DNA of 61,943 nt, filler included, from Rhabdomonas costata (GCA_019059605.1; 25 parts of 25 records of this genome joined end to end with filler, not necessarily neighbours in it), one strand, 5' to 3'. Positions 27,471 through 40,402 are shown, numbered from the whole stretch's first letter. A program made the numbers and translations. Notes: a model not told the origin generated them from the sequence alone.

Positions 27471-27576
27471 AGGTTCGCGCTGCTGGGAGTGCTGCAAAAC
27501 TGCAGCCCGGCGCCCGTCCGGGAGGACACCGTCAGGCAGATCTTCCAGGAGATGGACACCCACGGCACGGGCCGAG
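27471..27576 (+). CDS. Probable exon encoding the start of an EF-hand
   Basis: CAG acceptor, reading ...EDTVRQIFQEMDTHGTGR (helix plus DxxGxG loop), then a GTTTGT donor. Confidence 0.5.
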
Positions 27577-29043
27577 GTTTGTTTGTGCAAGTGCGGGTAC
27601 GAATTTCGGTCCTCTGCGAGCGCAGTCCCGCGGCCATTTCCACTATACTCTGTTCAAGCTCGCAACCCCCAAACGCATAGCGCTTTTCTGTTCTTTATCT
27701 TTACTTATCTTTTTTTTTTAATGTCCTGTCTCTGACTCCGGGAGTCGCCCTCCCAAGTTTCACTGAATAGTGAATCCTATTGTCCCTACACTGTGGTATC
27801 AGCTTCCGCGAGTCTCAGATTGTAGGCAACCGCACCCGTGGAGCTGGTGAAGCTGCCACTGTGCCATTTCAAACATAATCGAAACCACGACTGTTCCGCC
27901 GAGATCGGCCGCTGGGCTCAGCAGAGCAAATGTACCTAATGGCTTTTGCTGGGAAACCCGTTCGTGGGTGTCCCCAGCACCGTGCTCGGTTTCCATCTTC
28001 AGTGTTCGGCTTGCATCCAAGCATCCAAACACATACGCTTCAGAGGTTCGTACGCCCACAGATGTTTGTTCTGCACATTTGGCGGTGTGCTTTTCAGTGA
28101 CGTACCGGCAGTTTCTGAACTTTGTCGGCAACGCGTTTATGCGGACGTACGTTTTGACGTGTCCTTGGACGCCTCCGGAAGCCTCCTCTCCTTCCGCGGA
28201 GGCCTCCACGGCGGCCAACTTCCGCCAGTCCGGTGCTGTGGCGGCACGTCTCGTAGAGGGCACGCCGCCCCCCCTTCCCGTGCCTGTGCCACCTGTGCCC
28301 CCGGGAGCAACGTAGCGCTCAGGGACAGAGAGAGCGTGCGTTATTTGTCCCGTTTGTACAACTGCGACACGCTACCCAAACTTCGAACCGGACGGTGCCA
28401 GCGTTCGTTGGGCAGATAAAGAACTATCTTCCTTATTCTTTGGGAAGCGAGAGCTGGAGCGCGACCGATCCCAAGCCTATCACTCAGTCATATCCCCCAA
28501 CCCATCGCACGCACGTTTTCTTCCAAGATGTTCGACAACTTCTGACAATGAAACAGCACGTCCTGCACATGGCTGAGCCCGACACCGTTTCAAAGTGACC
28601 ACAATATTGGCTGTGCGAAACTTGGATCGGTTGTGCCCGGTTGTGCTGGATTGTGGTGCCCGAACAGTTGACTGTTCTGGCTGCTGAAGGGGCGTTCAAC
28701 CTCTTGGCAAAAACCAAAACATCCTGAACGTTACTCCCCGCCCTCTGCCGGAAAAACAAGAACAGCCGTGCGGAGCACCGGGTGGGAACAATTCTGGTGA
28801 CGACACATCCGGATGTGTTTGCTTGTGTTTGCTCCTAAGTCCATCGGTAATAAGGACATGCGGAAATTTTGGCCCCGAGAAACCGCACGAAATCCGCACA
28901 CAAAGGAGCACGGCACAACGCGTAGGAACAGCGCGTCATGCGCCATAGCCCACGGAAACGGCAGCGCCCAGCATCCCCGCCACCACTAAACACGCAGACC
29001 ATCCCACCATGGTGGGTGGTGGCATGCTCCCTTTTTTTTTGGT

Positions 29044-29694
29044 ACGGTCTTCGTAATGTCTAACCGGCCGACAAAATGCCCGGTTCATGAAAAAGAAATG
29101 TTAGCCTTGGTGGATTCTCTAGAGGCATGGCGTCATTACCTACTGGATGCCGATTCACCCCCTTGGCGTGGATTGGATCCCACGTCAATCCCAGGCACCA
29201 CCCCAGACGAGGTCGCGCGTTGGATTCGCACGGCTCGAGCATCAACCGAGGAAGAGGCCGAAGACGATGCGTTTGCCTCCGCTATCCAGACATCAATGGT
29301 TCCCGTACCAAGTCTTAACGCCTTGACTCACATTCAAGTCTCATTAAATGCAGTTCATACCGATGCATCCGTCGGTTCACACCGACGTGAAATGACACCG
29401 CCCACCCCCCTCATCGTTTTAAGCAACAGCATTGCTGTTTTTCCTTGCCTACTGGTTTGCTTCCACCGCCTCTAACGGAGATTTCAGCAAACCCCGTGTC
29501 AGTGGACAACTGCAAAAGCACATTGCCCCCTCGGTTAACCTACCGCATTCCATTGCCCTCTTTTCAGCCAGAAGAGGATGTCATGTTAACACCCCCCATT
29601 TTCCATGCCATCTGTCAAAATTTCTCCTTTGTTCCAGAAGTTGACCTTTTCGCTTCTGCGACCCACCATCAGCTTTCATCCTACTTTTCCCCTG
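29044..29694 (+). mobile_element. Decayed retrotransposon fragment: Ty3/gypsy-type RNase H motif followed by a Dam-like N6-adenine methyltransferase N-terminus; truncated by the contig end
   Basis: YGLRNV*PAD/(frameshift)KCPVHEKEMLALVDSLEAWRHYLL at ~29044-29145. EEDVMLTPPIFHAICQNFSFVPEVDLFASATHHQLSSYFSP at 29571-29694 lies in a different frame. Confidence 0.75.
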
Positions 29695-30305
29695 NNNNNN
29701 NNNNNNNNNNNNNNNNNNNNNNNNNNNNNNNNNNNNNNTTAATTAATTAANNNNNNNNNNNNNNNNNNNNNNNNNNNNNNNNNNNNNNNNNNNNGGTTGG
29801 GGGGGTGCTGATGGCGTCACATGAAGAAACATGTTGCATATAAAATTATTTACCAAGATTCCGGGGGTGTTTTTTTTCGTCCCAGTGTCACCTCTCATCA
29901 ATTTTGTAAATTTAAAGAAGGGTCCTCTCAGTGCCCTTGTGAAGATTTTGCATGAAGTAAAAGTGGGTGACGACCAGCTGATACCTCAAGAGCTTTTGTT
30001 GACTCAATCGTTGCACGCCGTTTTATTGATCACATTATGATTACTGTTGTATAATTAATTAGTGCTCTTTCATTTTAATTCATAGTAATGGCCTCGTGCT
30101 CTGGACTTTTCCCATTTTGATACACTTTTTTCAATCAAATACACGATCAGACATGGCATGAACTTTCTCGTGAAACTACTGTCGTGGATTTTTTCCACCA
30201 CACAATGCGCATTTCCATTATTTTCTCTTTTCCTTACATAGTAGACATCCATGTGCGCCGTCTCTCCACCAACGGTCCATACTCTGTATTTTCTAGCGCA
30301 TACGT

Positions 30306-30961
30306 CACAGTACATGATCTCCACAGCGCTGCGACATCTCTGAACTCAAATATTTGACAGGAACTGCTTTACACAAAACAACTATCCTATCTGGTATTGT
30401 GACAAAGAATTAACACTACCATTTTTATCGCTTGTTCAGTTACATTCAGCACATCTTCCATATCTTGATCGCTGGTAACGACATGACGTCCACTGACACT
30501 GAATCACACTTTCGTACAGGTATTTTTAAGTTTTGAAAGTGTGTCATTTTCAGGTGAGGGTACGCCTTTCCTCTCTGGCAGATATCGCAAGTCAGAACGT
30601 GTGCCCTCACTTTCACTTTATGTTCCTGAAGTTAAACATCCTCTTCAGCATACCTGCTGTTCTGGTCTCTCCCCAATTCCACGCGGCAGGTTAATCGTGA
30701 TACATCGAAATCACCTCTGCCTCTCTAGTAGTGGCACTGCAATGTTTCTATCATCCAAAATCCTACCATGGTGCCACTGCTCTTTGTCACTGAGTCGAAG
30801 TACTATGAGCCTCTGGGTCGGTATAACCAATAGTCCTCACACCAGTCTTCCGGACGTGTCAATTTAAATGGTGCGCACCGCGGAAGCGCAGCCACAGTAC
30901 ATGACCTCCACAGCGCTACCACATCTCTGAACTCCGATCTTTGACATGGAACTGCTTTACA
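30306..30961. repeat. Diverged ~68-bp direct repeat (30306-30373 and 30893-30961) inside a decayed minus-strand reading frame
   Basis: cacagtacatgaYctccacagcgctRcSacatctctgaactc...tttgaca(t)ggaactgctttaca is present twice. Confidence 0.85.
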
Positions 30962-33900
30962 GCTTGATATTTTCTTGCAAAGCCTGTCTCAACTGCACTC
31001 TTCCACGCCATGCCACTCTGATCGAACACCTCAAATGCAAAGCTTGAGTAGTTAGTCAGCAGTAACACTTGCCGACACTTGATCAGCATGCGCACACTGA
31101 CACACCCACTACACATCCACACGTCCACAATACACAAATCTCCACCATGCATAAAGCCTCATCTGAGATGAAAAACTCGTCTGGGTATCCTCTGCTTCTT
31201 CAGCAACTCCTGAAAAAGAGACAACAAAGAAACGGGTCATTCTCAAGAAAAAATAACACCGACTGCTCCGCCACAACCTCTATGGCTCAACTCTGAAGCT
31301 CCTTCTGCTGCAAAGCCCCACTCTATGGATCCGCAACTTCTCAATCCAAACTTCTCAAGGTTCCATTTACATTGCCTTTTGTTGCACAATACCATCAACA
31401 CATTAACCGGAAATGTACGAAAATAATGTCTGCAACATTGGCGGGTGCGTCGGCTCCCCATTGATTTGAAAAAAGAAGCTCCCTTTATATAAAACACCCC
31501 ACGCACTGTGGATTCCTCCAAAAGATGAAAGCAAGGTGCGTGCGTTCTTTTTGGGGTAACTAGCGCAGCAACACTAGAGCTTTATTTCTGCAAATCTTAG
31601 CAGCACCAGCGGTATTAAACTCCACAAGCAAAGCAGTGGAATCCAGTAAGCGATTGCTTTACAGCATGGCGCGGCCTCAACCAATTCACACGCAGTAAAA
31701 TTCCTTTGCAACGGTTTATGCATCTTAGACGTGCGCAAATATAGGCAGCATGTGGCAGGCCTTTCCATAAACACTATGCATAACCCCACCGCGTCTTCAT
31801 GACTGAAAACCGGATTAGAGTGCTCTCGTGGAAGCTTCCTTAGTGTCCCCTCCCCAAAAGCGTCTTCTATGACACCATCCGACTGCATAGGACATAACCG
31901 GGAACAATATGGACTTTCCGGGCCCGTCCAATCATCCTAACGGCCGACCCAAGCTTAGATATGAGCTGCTGATCAGCCGCTGGTGGGACATCGTTGGGTC
32001 GCGGCCCAACGCGCTGGCAGGCAAACGCCCCCCCTCGGGAAAGAGATTTCCAGATCCAGTATAAAGGGCGGATTTGGAAACACTTCGGGTTTTCGGCTTT
32101 CTTGCGAGGCCCCAAAGGCCAACACGCTTTGGAACACGCGGTCTGGTCACGGCGCGGCGGGGCCAACAAACACANNNNNNNNNNNNNNNNNNNNNNNNNN
32201 NNNNNNNNNNNNNNNNNNTTAATTAATTAANNNNNNNNNNNNNNNNNNNNNNNNNNNNNNNNNNNNNNNNNNNNGTTTTTTTGGTCCCCTTTTGAGTTTG
32301 CAGGGGTTAGGTTGCGATGCACGGTTCCCGAAGTTAAAATAGAAGCTTTTTGGGCTGCGTAGGGGTACGTGGCGAAGGGGGGGGGGATAAATGCACTTAT
32401 GCCAATACCGGATAACTATATTCCGCAGCGGAGACAGTAGCGGACAGTTTGTTTTGCATATGATCTGAGAATCGCACCTTTCTGGGTTTCGGAAGCTTTG
32501 CAATGAATTGGAAAAGCCTGCATGACAATTTTGTTGTTGTTTAGCATTCGAGTTCTGGTGCAGAGCCTGGGTGTTAATGAATGCGAGAAACTGCACAGGA
32601 TTGAAAAAGAAAAGAAAAGCGGAAAAGTTCGGTTTTCCACCGCACACAGTTTGGTTTTTTCATTGTGATTTGAGCACATACAGTCGCATCCCAGTCACCG
32701 TCACACACACAGCCTATTATTAGTTTGAATGCGTGGCTTCATTATCTGTGGTAACGTTGCTCTAAGAGATCTTTAAGCTCTGTGAAGCTTTGTCTCGCTT
32801 ACGGAATGTTGGCTGATTTACAGAGACGGGAAGGTATCCCTTTTTCCATTCAAAACGTTATTATGAAGAGTCTCATTGACTCTTCTCAAAGACCTGGCGA
32901 AGTCTGCATGTATTTGTCTTTCCTGTTTGCTTTCTTCAGATTAAACCGGTCTTAGCCCCCAAGACGAAGAAAGACGCCATTTGCCGAGCATGCCGTGGAC
33001 CCAAGTGCTGGGGACTTTGCCTTTGTCGCCATCCCTTCGCACTTGTGTGCGTTTGAGGGGGAGAAAGGGGAGTGCTTTGTTCTTTTTTTTTTGTTTCTTT
33101 GCCTTTTTTCTTTTGTTGAGGTTTGTTTGTTTGTTTGTTTGGATGCGGGCTTTGCGCTTGCAGTGGATCAGGTGGGCGTTTGCCAGCCGCTCAGCCACGT
33201 GATGTAAAGTTAGAAATATATACACCTGTTTGTCTTGTAAGTGTTTGCGGATTTAGTTTTTTCCTTCGGTGGGTTTTCCGGGGGGGGTCTTCTTTTTTTG
33301 TCGTTACCCTTTCATCGCTGACCCCGTGCCGTTTCAATTGTCTTGCCTCCTCCTCTCGGGGCTCGTTGTGCAGTGCCTTTTTCGTGCCGACTCGAAAGTG
33401 CACACAGAGAGATGCAGGAGCAACCCCGCCACAGCGGTGGCGGTGGGAGCTCGCTGCTGGCGACACATGTGGGCTCTTCAAAGGGCTCGCCTTTTCGTGG
33501 TTGCTGTGTTAGGTATTGCCTTGTGCCATGAAGCTCCCTTCTTGTTGTCCTTTGTTGATGAGGTGTAAATTTGTAAGATGTGTGACGGTGGAGGCTTTTT
33601 TATCCGAGGGTTTTGGATTTTTGCTTCGATGCTGTGAGCAATGGTCCCTGGGACGCAGGTTTTCCCCCAGCCCTCTCTCTCCCTAGGACGTTGTATCGGA
33701 AAAGTGTTCAACGGAAATGCTGCGGTCTCCCATTCCGGCGATCTTCCTCTCGCGCCTGACTTTTTCTCTCTCTCGTCTTCTCGCGAGCGTACCTTGTGTA
33801 GCTCGCCGGCTCATCCCGGTTTGGTGCCGCGCCAGTTGTCAGTCGACCCCTCATCCCTTACTGCGTTTTTCTTTTCTTTTCCTTTTGTTATCCTCCCGAC

Positions 33901-34278
33901 CCAAGGTGTCCAACTTTTTTTCATGGCATTGGATTCCCCACCCGCACCCCAACGAGACTGCTCTAGATTTTTCTTGTCTTACCCCTTCAACATTTACACT
34001 CTCACTCATGCTACTCGCTTCAGAGGCTCTTTTTCCCCAGGCAAGAAAAAGTCTGCGTGTTTCTCCAGTGCTGATCCTCTTTTCCTTTAATCTGCTTTAA
34101 CTTCTTCTGTGTCTAAACGGGATTTCAGCGTGATTCAGTGAGAACCTCTGGGAAAGGAGAAGGTACCAGTAATAAACCAAGACAGGTTGGCGACTGCCTT
34201 GTTCCTGTGCGTTGTGTGCGTATTCGCGGGTCACGTCTTGCCCACGGTGGTATATCGTATAATATAACCGTTGATCAA

Positions 34279-34404
34279 CTACGCCTGGATAAAAACGCTC
34301 TCCAGGATCACCTTCTGGCCGACGAGCCTGTTCTCTTGGGAGAATCGTCCCGATGCGGCCACCAGACCTTTGTCACGGGTAACCTTGTTGAGAGGGATTA
34401 AATT
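34279..34404 (-). CDS. Possible terminal exon of an unknown protein
   Basis: ttgcaacag acceptor followed by an open frame NLIPLNKVTRDKGLVAASGRFSQENRLVGQKVILESVFIQA* with coding-like composition. No family recognised. Confidence 0.35.
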   Translation of the reverse strand, partial: NLIPLNKVTRDKGLVAASGRFSQENRLVGQKVILESVFIQA

Positions 34405-35398
34405 CTGTTGCAAAGCAAAATATAAATGAAGGGACCGAAGCGCAGGATAATGTTGAGAAGCGGATCACCTCCAGCCCGAGTCGAATAGTGCGAATTTCCT
34501 TATCTTAGTATTATGGGGGCAGGAATGATGGTTTGCTGTGCCTGAAACTCTGCTCAGCGCCCCTTTGCTATTTTTCCCTCGTGGTATCCTTCTAGTACAA
34601 TGGAGATGAACGCTGGCAAGCGCAGCACCTCTTCCGCGCAGCCCCACACAAAACANNNNNNNNNNNNNNNNNNNNNNNNNNNNNNNNNNNNNNNNNNNNT
34701 TAATTAATTAANNNNNNNNNNNNNNNNNNNNNNNNNNNNNNNNNNNNNNNNNNNNGTGATAAACTGAGCATTAGATGAGGGCTACCGGGGTACCCCCCTC
34801 CGGCCTGTAGGCCCCCAGGGGCTTGCCCATAGGTCGGCTCATGGATCATGGTATTTCAGTGTACCCCCACACCCGGAACCTCTCAAGACCTCACGGCCCA
34901 GCCACGGGAGGGTTGTACAATGGTGCCGCCGTGGGGCTGTGTTCGCTCGACTAGATAGGGCCTGGAGAATGGACTCCTCGCATTCGTAGGGCTATGGCTT
35001 ATGGGCTGCCTGTGGACATACCTTATCGTGATATAGCTGTGGCCGAGGGGCCGAAAAAATGCCGAGGTGGGACGAAAGGGGAGGGGGGTTGCATGTGGTG
35101 CGAGCCCCTCCGAAGCTAGATTCCCCTAGGGGCCCGGTACGGAACCCCCAGCACGTGTTTGATTCAGGTGTGATATGTGCTTACCACCGATCAACGGGGT
35201 AAGTATTTTAATTTGTGAATTCCCGTACGACTCGGGCTATTAGGCTGAGCGATTCTTTTGCACCAAATGATTTCTTTGTGACCAGAAGAGTGATGTTGTC
35301 GTTTTCCATAAACTCTCTTCTCGTTCGGTTTTGCCGATGCCTTTGTCAACTGATTGACTTCTTGGATTCTTAAGTGATTCAGTGCATGCAGTGAACAT

Positions 35399-37137
35399 AT
35401 GAATGTACTGTGTAAAACTTCACGTTCAGGGGACTCGGGCTTTCTGCGGCCCCTGATCCTGCGGCTGTGCTCCACCCTGGTCCAGGGTAAGCTTCCCGTC
35501 AAAGAAGTGGGGAAGGAGAAGCCCGTCGGGGAGAATATGCCTCCAGTCCTTCTTTTGCCCTTCCCGGAAAGGCCCGGGTGGAGTATTCTCTTCCAGGTGG
35601 ATGTGGACTACTCCCTTCGTGATCCGCAAGTCCTTCGCCAAGTGTTCCGCGTGTGGGACGTCGCTCCAGAGAAAGCTATCCAAGACTCCTGGCTACCCTC
35701 CCTCATTCCCGCGGTGCATCGCGTTTACAGCAAGGGACGGATTGAGTGCTGCCGCAAGCCCCCAAAGTCCGTTTCTGGGATTCTCATTCCCTTGGAATTC
35801 CCTGAGCTCTCGTCCATCGGGAGAGCTGAGGATGCCGTGTTCCGGAGCAACGCAGCCGAGGGTTTGTTCGCCGAAAACCTGAGCTTTTTCCACACTTTCG
35901 AGGAGAAGCTAGTTTGGTTTTTGTCCTCCCCAGAGATTCGCCAGTCTGGGCTCATCAGCGTTCCATTTCGGGTCTCGCAAGAAGTGAGGATTGCGATGTC
36001 GTGTCCCCGCTCTGTGGTGGTGAAGGGCCGCTCGGGGACAGGGAAGACCACTGCATTGCTGTTCCGAATGTTTGAAAACCTCTCGCAGCCCTTCCTCGGG
36101 GAAACCCGGCAGGTGTTTGTGACGATGTCTCCTTTCCTTTGCCACCGGATCCGTGAGCTCTTTGGGCATTTCCAGCGATGGTTTGCTTCTGAAGAAATGG
36201 CAGCCTGGGAGGGCGCCACAGCCAGCTCCCGCGTGAACGTGACAATGCGGTCCATATTTGAAGACGACGAAGAGGCGAGCCCTGCGGTGGCCAACAAGCT
36301 CAGCGAAATCCCATTGGATCAATTCCCGTTGTTTCTGACAAGCGCTGACCTGATGAAGAGCATCGACGCGTGTTTTTCGGATTCCTTCTTTGCTCGTGTA
36401 GCTTCGGGTCAATATGAGGACCCTGAACGTGCCCACGAAGGGGGGAAAGATATGAATCTCCGGTTTGCTAACGGCTTCGGCGCGGAGTCCAAAAAGCCTG
36501 GTGAGCAGAGATATTCTACCTCAAAGGTGGATTTCCCTCTGTTTCGGAGCAAGTACTGGACAAAGTTTTCTGTGGAGCTGACCTCAAGGATGAACGTCGC
36601 CGTTGCGTATGCCCAGATCATGACGGTTATCAAAGGCAACAGTCGAAAAGTCATGGACCGCCAGGAATATGAAGCGCTGAACTCCAAGAAGGCGTCTTGC
36701 GTCTCCGAGCCTGGGCTAGTGTACGACCTTTTTGAAAGGTACGAAACGGAGAAGCGAATGAACCGTGATTACGATGATCAGGACATTGCGCGTCACGTTC
36801 AGAATCGCCTGAAGCACTTCCCTCAAAAGGCTCCCCGGCTCAGTCGAATCTACGTGGATGAGGCCCAGGATCTCTCCCCATTGCAAATCAAGGTGCTGCT
36901 GATGCTTTGCAGTGATCCAGACGGGCTGTTCTTTTGCGGAGACTGCGCTCAGGCTGTTTCCTGGGGTGCGTGCTTCAGCTTCGACCATTTCGCAAGGCTT
37001 ATTTTTGAGTATTACGTTGAGAAGCCGGAGGACAAGGGGATCGCCGAGGTTTCGAAGCCGGTCACGTACAGCGTATCTCACGAGAAGGTTCATCGCCTTC
37101 AGTACAAAGGAATCGGGCGCTCATCCAAAAAGGTTGG
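35399..37137 (+). CDS. TRANK1/LBA1-like UvrD-type (SF1) helicase, 3'-truncated, no introns in the visible span
   Basis: ORF of about 580 codons with VVKGRSGTGKTT, RQVFVTMSPFLC, IMTVIKG, VYDLFERY..K....DYD..D, IYVDEAQDLS and GLFFCGDCAQAVS. The true start codon is uncertain. Confidence 0.88.
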
Positions 37138-38345
37138 NNNNNNNNNNNNNNNNNNNNNNNNNNNNNNNNNNNNNNNNNNNNTTAATTAATTAANNNNNNN
37201 NNNNNNNNNNNNNNNNNNNNNNNNNNNNNNNNNNNNNTTTGTTTTTGCAGAAGGAGAACAAACGTCGTTAGAGGGAGAAAAGAGAGAAATGAAATTGGAG
37301 TGGGGGAGGGGGGGCACTGTGGTGTGAGACCTGCAAAAAGAATCCCCAGATAGGAAGCGAGAGTTGTAATCCTCAAGGCTGCTTGCAATTTTCACGGAAC
37401 AACTTTTCAACGGCTTGGTATCCCACCCGCCGCAGTAGCTCAGTTGTCTTCGTGACCGCGTGAATTGCTCATGTTGTTTGAGTCGTAGGAGGAGGTGAAT
37501 GGCATGTACGCGTTCAGTTGGATAACCAGAAACAAGAAATCAAATAGCATAAACTAACACCAAAAATTGCCCCTCCAAAAAAGACTTCTTTTCGGTGAGT
37601 TACCACTAAAAATAGCATAGCATCTTACAACGTAACACTCAGAACACATGCTTTTTAGCCTCAGTACCATGAAACGTTCGAAACATGTCATATGCATACA
37701 TAACACCCAAGTGGCATGTTATATCGTTCCGACTTCGATTGGAAACTCTATAAATACTAATTCTGAGTTTCTTGTAACAAAGATCACACCCATAAACTTT
37801 GAACCAAAATGACGAACCAAAAGGAAGTTCCATTAAAAGCATTTACCCCGCTCCCCAGCGCTCCAGTCACGCTCACGTTGTCACAGAAGGTCCGTTTCGC
37901 ACAATTCAAAAAGCAAAGAAAGCACCATAACAGCTACAAAAAACCCCACCCACATCCTTCGCTCCACCCCTGTTGGACAAGCAAAAACAAGCTCAAGTCT
38001 TTCAATGTGGGAAAGTGGTAAGGTCCACAAAGAAAAAGAGGCGAAATCGGCCCAAGGATGAAAAATAAAGTACGACAATGAGGCCAATTGCATTGAACAT
38101 AGCAGTGGAAGGTACCACTCGACAAAAAAATGGCACAACTGCTGCAACGCCTCTAAGAAGGTTATCATCCGCAGTATTAAGTTGAATGGGGGGGGGGCAT
38201 GAGTTCACCACCGAGAAGAGAATAAAGCAGAGCAGCAGTGCAACCGGGTAAAAAAACAACACCGAAATATTGCTATTTTTTGTTAACACAACGAGCAACT
38301 GGCCAAAGGACCTTCACGTAAATTACAAACGTGTCATTTCCAAGT

Positions 38346-39619
38346 TCACGTTCCAAGGGGCATCACTCTTCCATGAGTAATGTGCCCCACTGAACTCAGG
38401 CACTCCCCTGTGGCAGTGTCGAAGGCATAGAGCTGCTCAAAGCGCCCGCTGGGATCCGCCATGGGGCTGCAGTTCTCAATCACAGCGGCATTAATCGCGG
38501 CCTCGCTAGAAAACCGGCGCGAGCTCAGCCGGGCCAGTCCGACAAAAGCGTCCGCCAGAGCTTGAGCTACCCGCACTGCCTCACTGGTGTGAGCCAAGCT
38601 GTGCCCTAAACTCCATTCGAAGGCGCTCTTCTCAGGGTGAAACTGTGTCCCCAGGAAGGGCAACGTGCGGCCCTCGACTGCAGACACGAACTCCCGTCCC
38701 TTGCGGTCGAGGTTGGTGGCGAGCACGGTGAAGGTGTTGCGCAGGGCTGCGCTGGAGCGGAAGGATGCCGGCGCAGTCCCGCTGGAGTGGAAATTTGCCG
38801 TCAGCGGTTGAGACTGGACGGCCTTGAAGAGATCCTCCGGAAATAGAGAGAACATCGCGCTGACCCTCGCGTCGGCGGTGAGATTCAAAGGGAGGGCAAT
38901 GCTACGCGACACAGATGAAATCACAAAAAGTGAGGGCGAAGGTGGAGCTAATATTCCCTCACATCTTAGGCAACTGAACCAATCATAATAAACACCGCGC
39001 CCCCCCACCTTTACAGATCAACATCAGTATGCGATTAAAATGAAGGGTACTCCAGTTGAGCCGATGGACAAGAAAGTGTGGCCCCTGCACCTGCTCTCGT
39101 TCGCTCAGGGTATGCAGAATCCTCCACATCGCTCCTATCGAAGTTCATGAGCTCCGAGTCAACGGGCATATTTTTTGCCGTATGTATTGTGGCCATGAGG
39201 GAATTAGTTGCCAACAGGGAAATAGTGACAAAGTAAAGGTAAAAACCCAGAGTAGCGCTGCGCTACTTAGAGCCTTACACGTCAAGTCTTACACGCAAGA
39301 CTGGAAGAGGAATAGGGAAGAACCCCCAATGGTGCCCTCCCTGGGTTTGTCTCAAGATTTGGAAAGCGTAAAGCCTTTACACAGGCACACTTAAATACGC
39401 AACTTCTGTATAAGAAAAAAAGCTCAAGAATCGAACACACTCTTCGGCATCGAAGCATTTCGAGCACCGGACGTCCCAGGAGCCCGCCGCGGCAACCAAC
39501 ATCAGCTCAAACCCCAGGCACGTCCCCCACAGGGGGAAAACCTCCCCTTCTGCATTGGCCCGCACAGCAAGCTTGAAGATCTCCCACACGCGCCACACCA
39601 ACCGCAATCCCACCACCCC
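38346..39619 (-). CDS. GGH: Gamma-glutamyl hydrolase (peptidase C26), 5'-partial; exons ~39619-39441, 38901-38346
   Basis: FPLWGTCLGFE (catalytic Cys), LTANFH and GTQFHPEKSAFEW (catalytic His-Glu). A phase-2 GT-AG intron gives FDAED|IALPL. Confidence 0.95.
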
Positions 39620-40402
39620 NNNNNNNNNNNNNNNNNNNNNNNNNNNNNNNNNNNNNNNNNNNNTTAATTAATTAANNNNNNNNNNNNNNNNNNNNNNNNN
39701 NNNNNNNNNNNNNNNNNNNGGTGGGGGGTTGTTGTGGTACGTTTCGTGCGTATTTTTCGCAGTGGATCAGGCTCTAGGTTAGACAGTTTCCAAGTGAGTA
39801 ACGGCTGATTGTCCCGAAAAAAAAATCGACCCTTGCAAGATGCAAAATAATGCTGGTGCAGGATAGAATGGGATAGCTCTGAATAGTGAATAGCTCTGAA
39901 CAATGGATTCGGGCCAGTGATTCCGCACCAACATCTTGGGATATGTTTTCTTAGTGGGTGCCAGCTGTTTCTCTATTAAGTGTTTCTCACCTCCAGAATT
40001 CTTTATGGGCACGTAAGCGAGGAGATAGGGGCGGACGCGGGTTTTCTTTGCTCGTTTTCGGTTCGTTTGACCACCTCTTTCCGGATTTCTTTCAGCGACA
40101 AATGCTGAGGGACTCTCGTTAATGGAAATGGAAAAGGGGGATAAATTTTCTTGCTCGCCTTTTTTCGCAATATGTCGTCATCGTGTTTTGTCATTCAGTT
40201 ATGCACTTCAAACTACACAGCCGAAGAGAACATATATAGCATAGTCGTATATAGCATAGTCATGGTTGTGGGTCGGAGAAGATTTACTTTTCGCACCCTG
40301 ACCTCCTATCAAGCGATCAGTTGGAGCTGTTGGCCACCATTGCTTCTTGTATTTTCTGTGAACGGCCTGCCGTCTTCCTCCTCCTCCTTCTCTTCCTTCA
40401 CG

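Noticed and set aside
37428-37500. tRNA-like start GCCGCAGTAGCTCAGTTG
   Set aside because: No T-arm (GTTCRA), anticodon stem or complementary acceptor stem follows.
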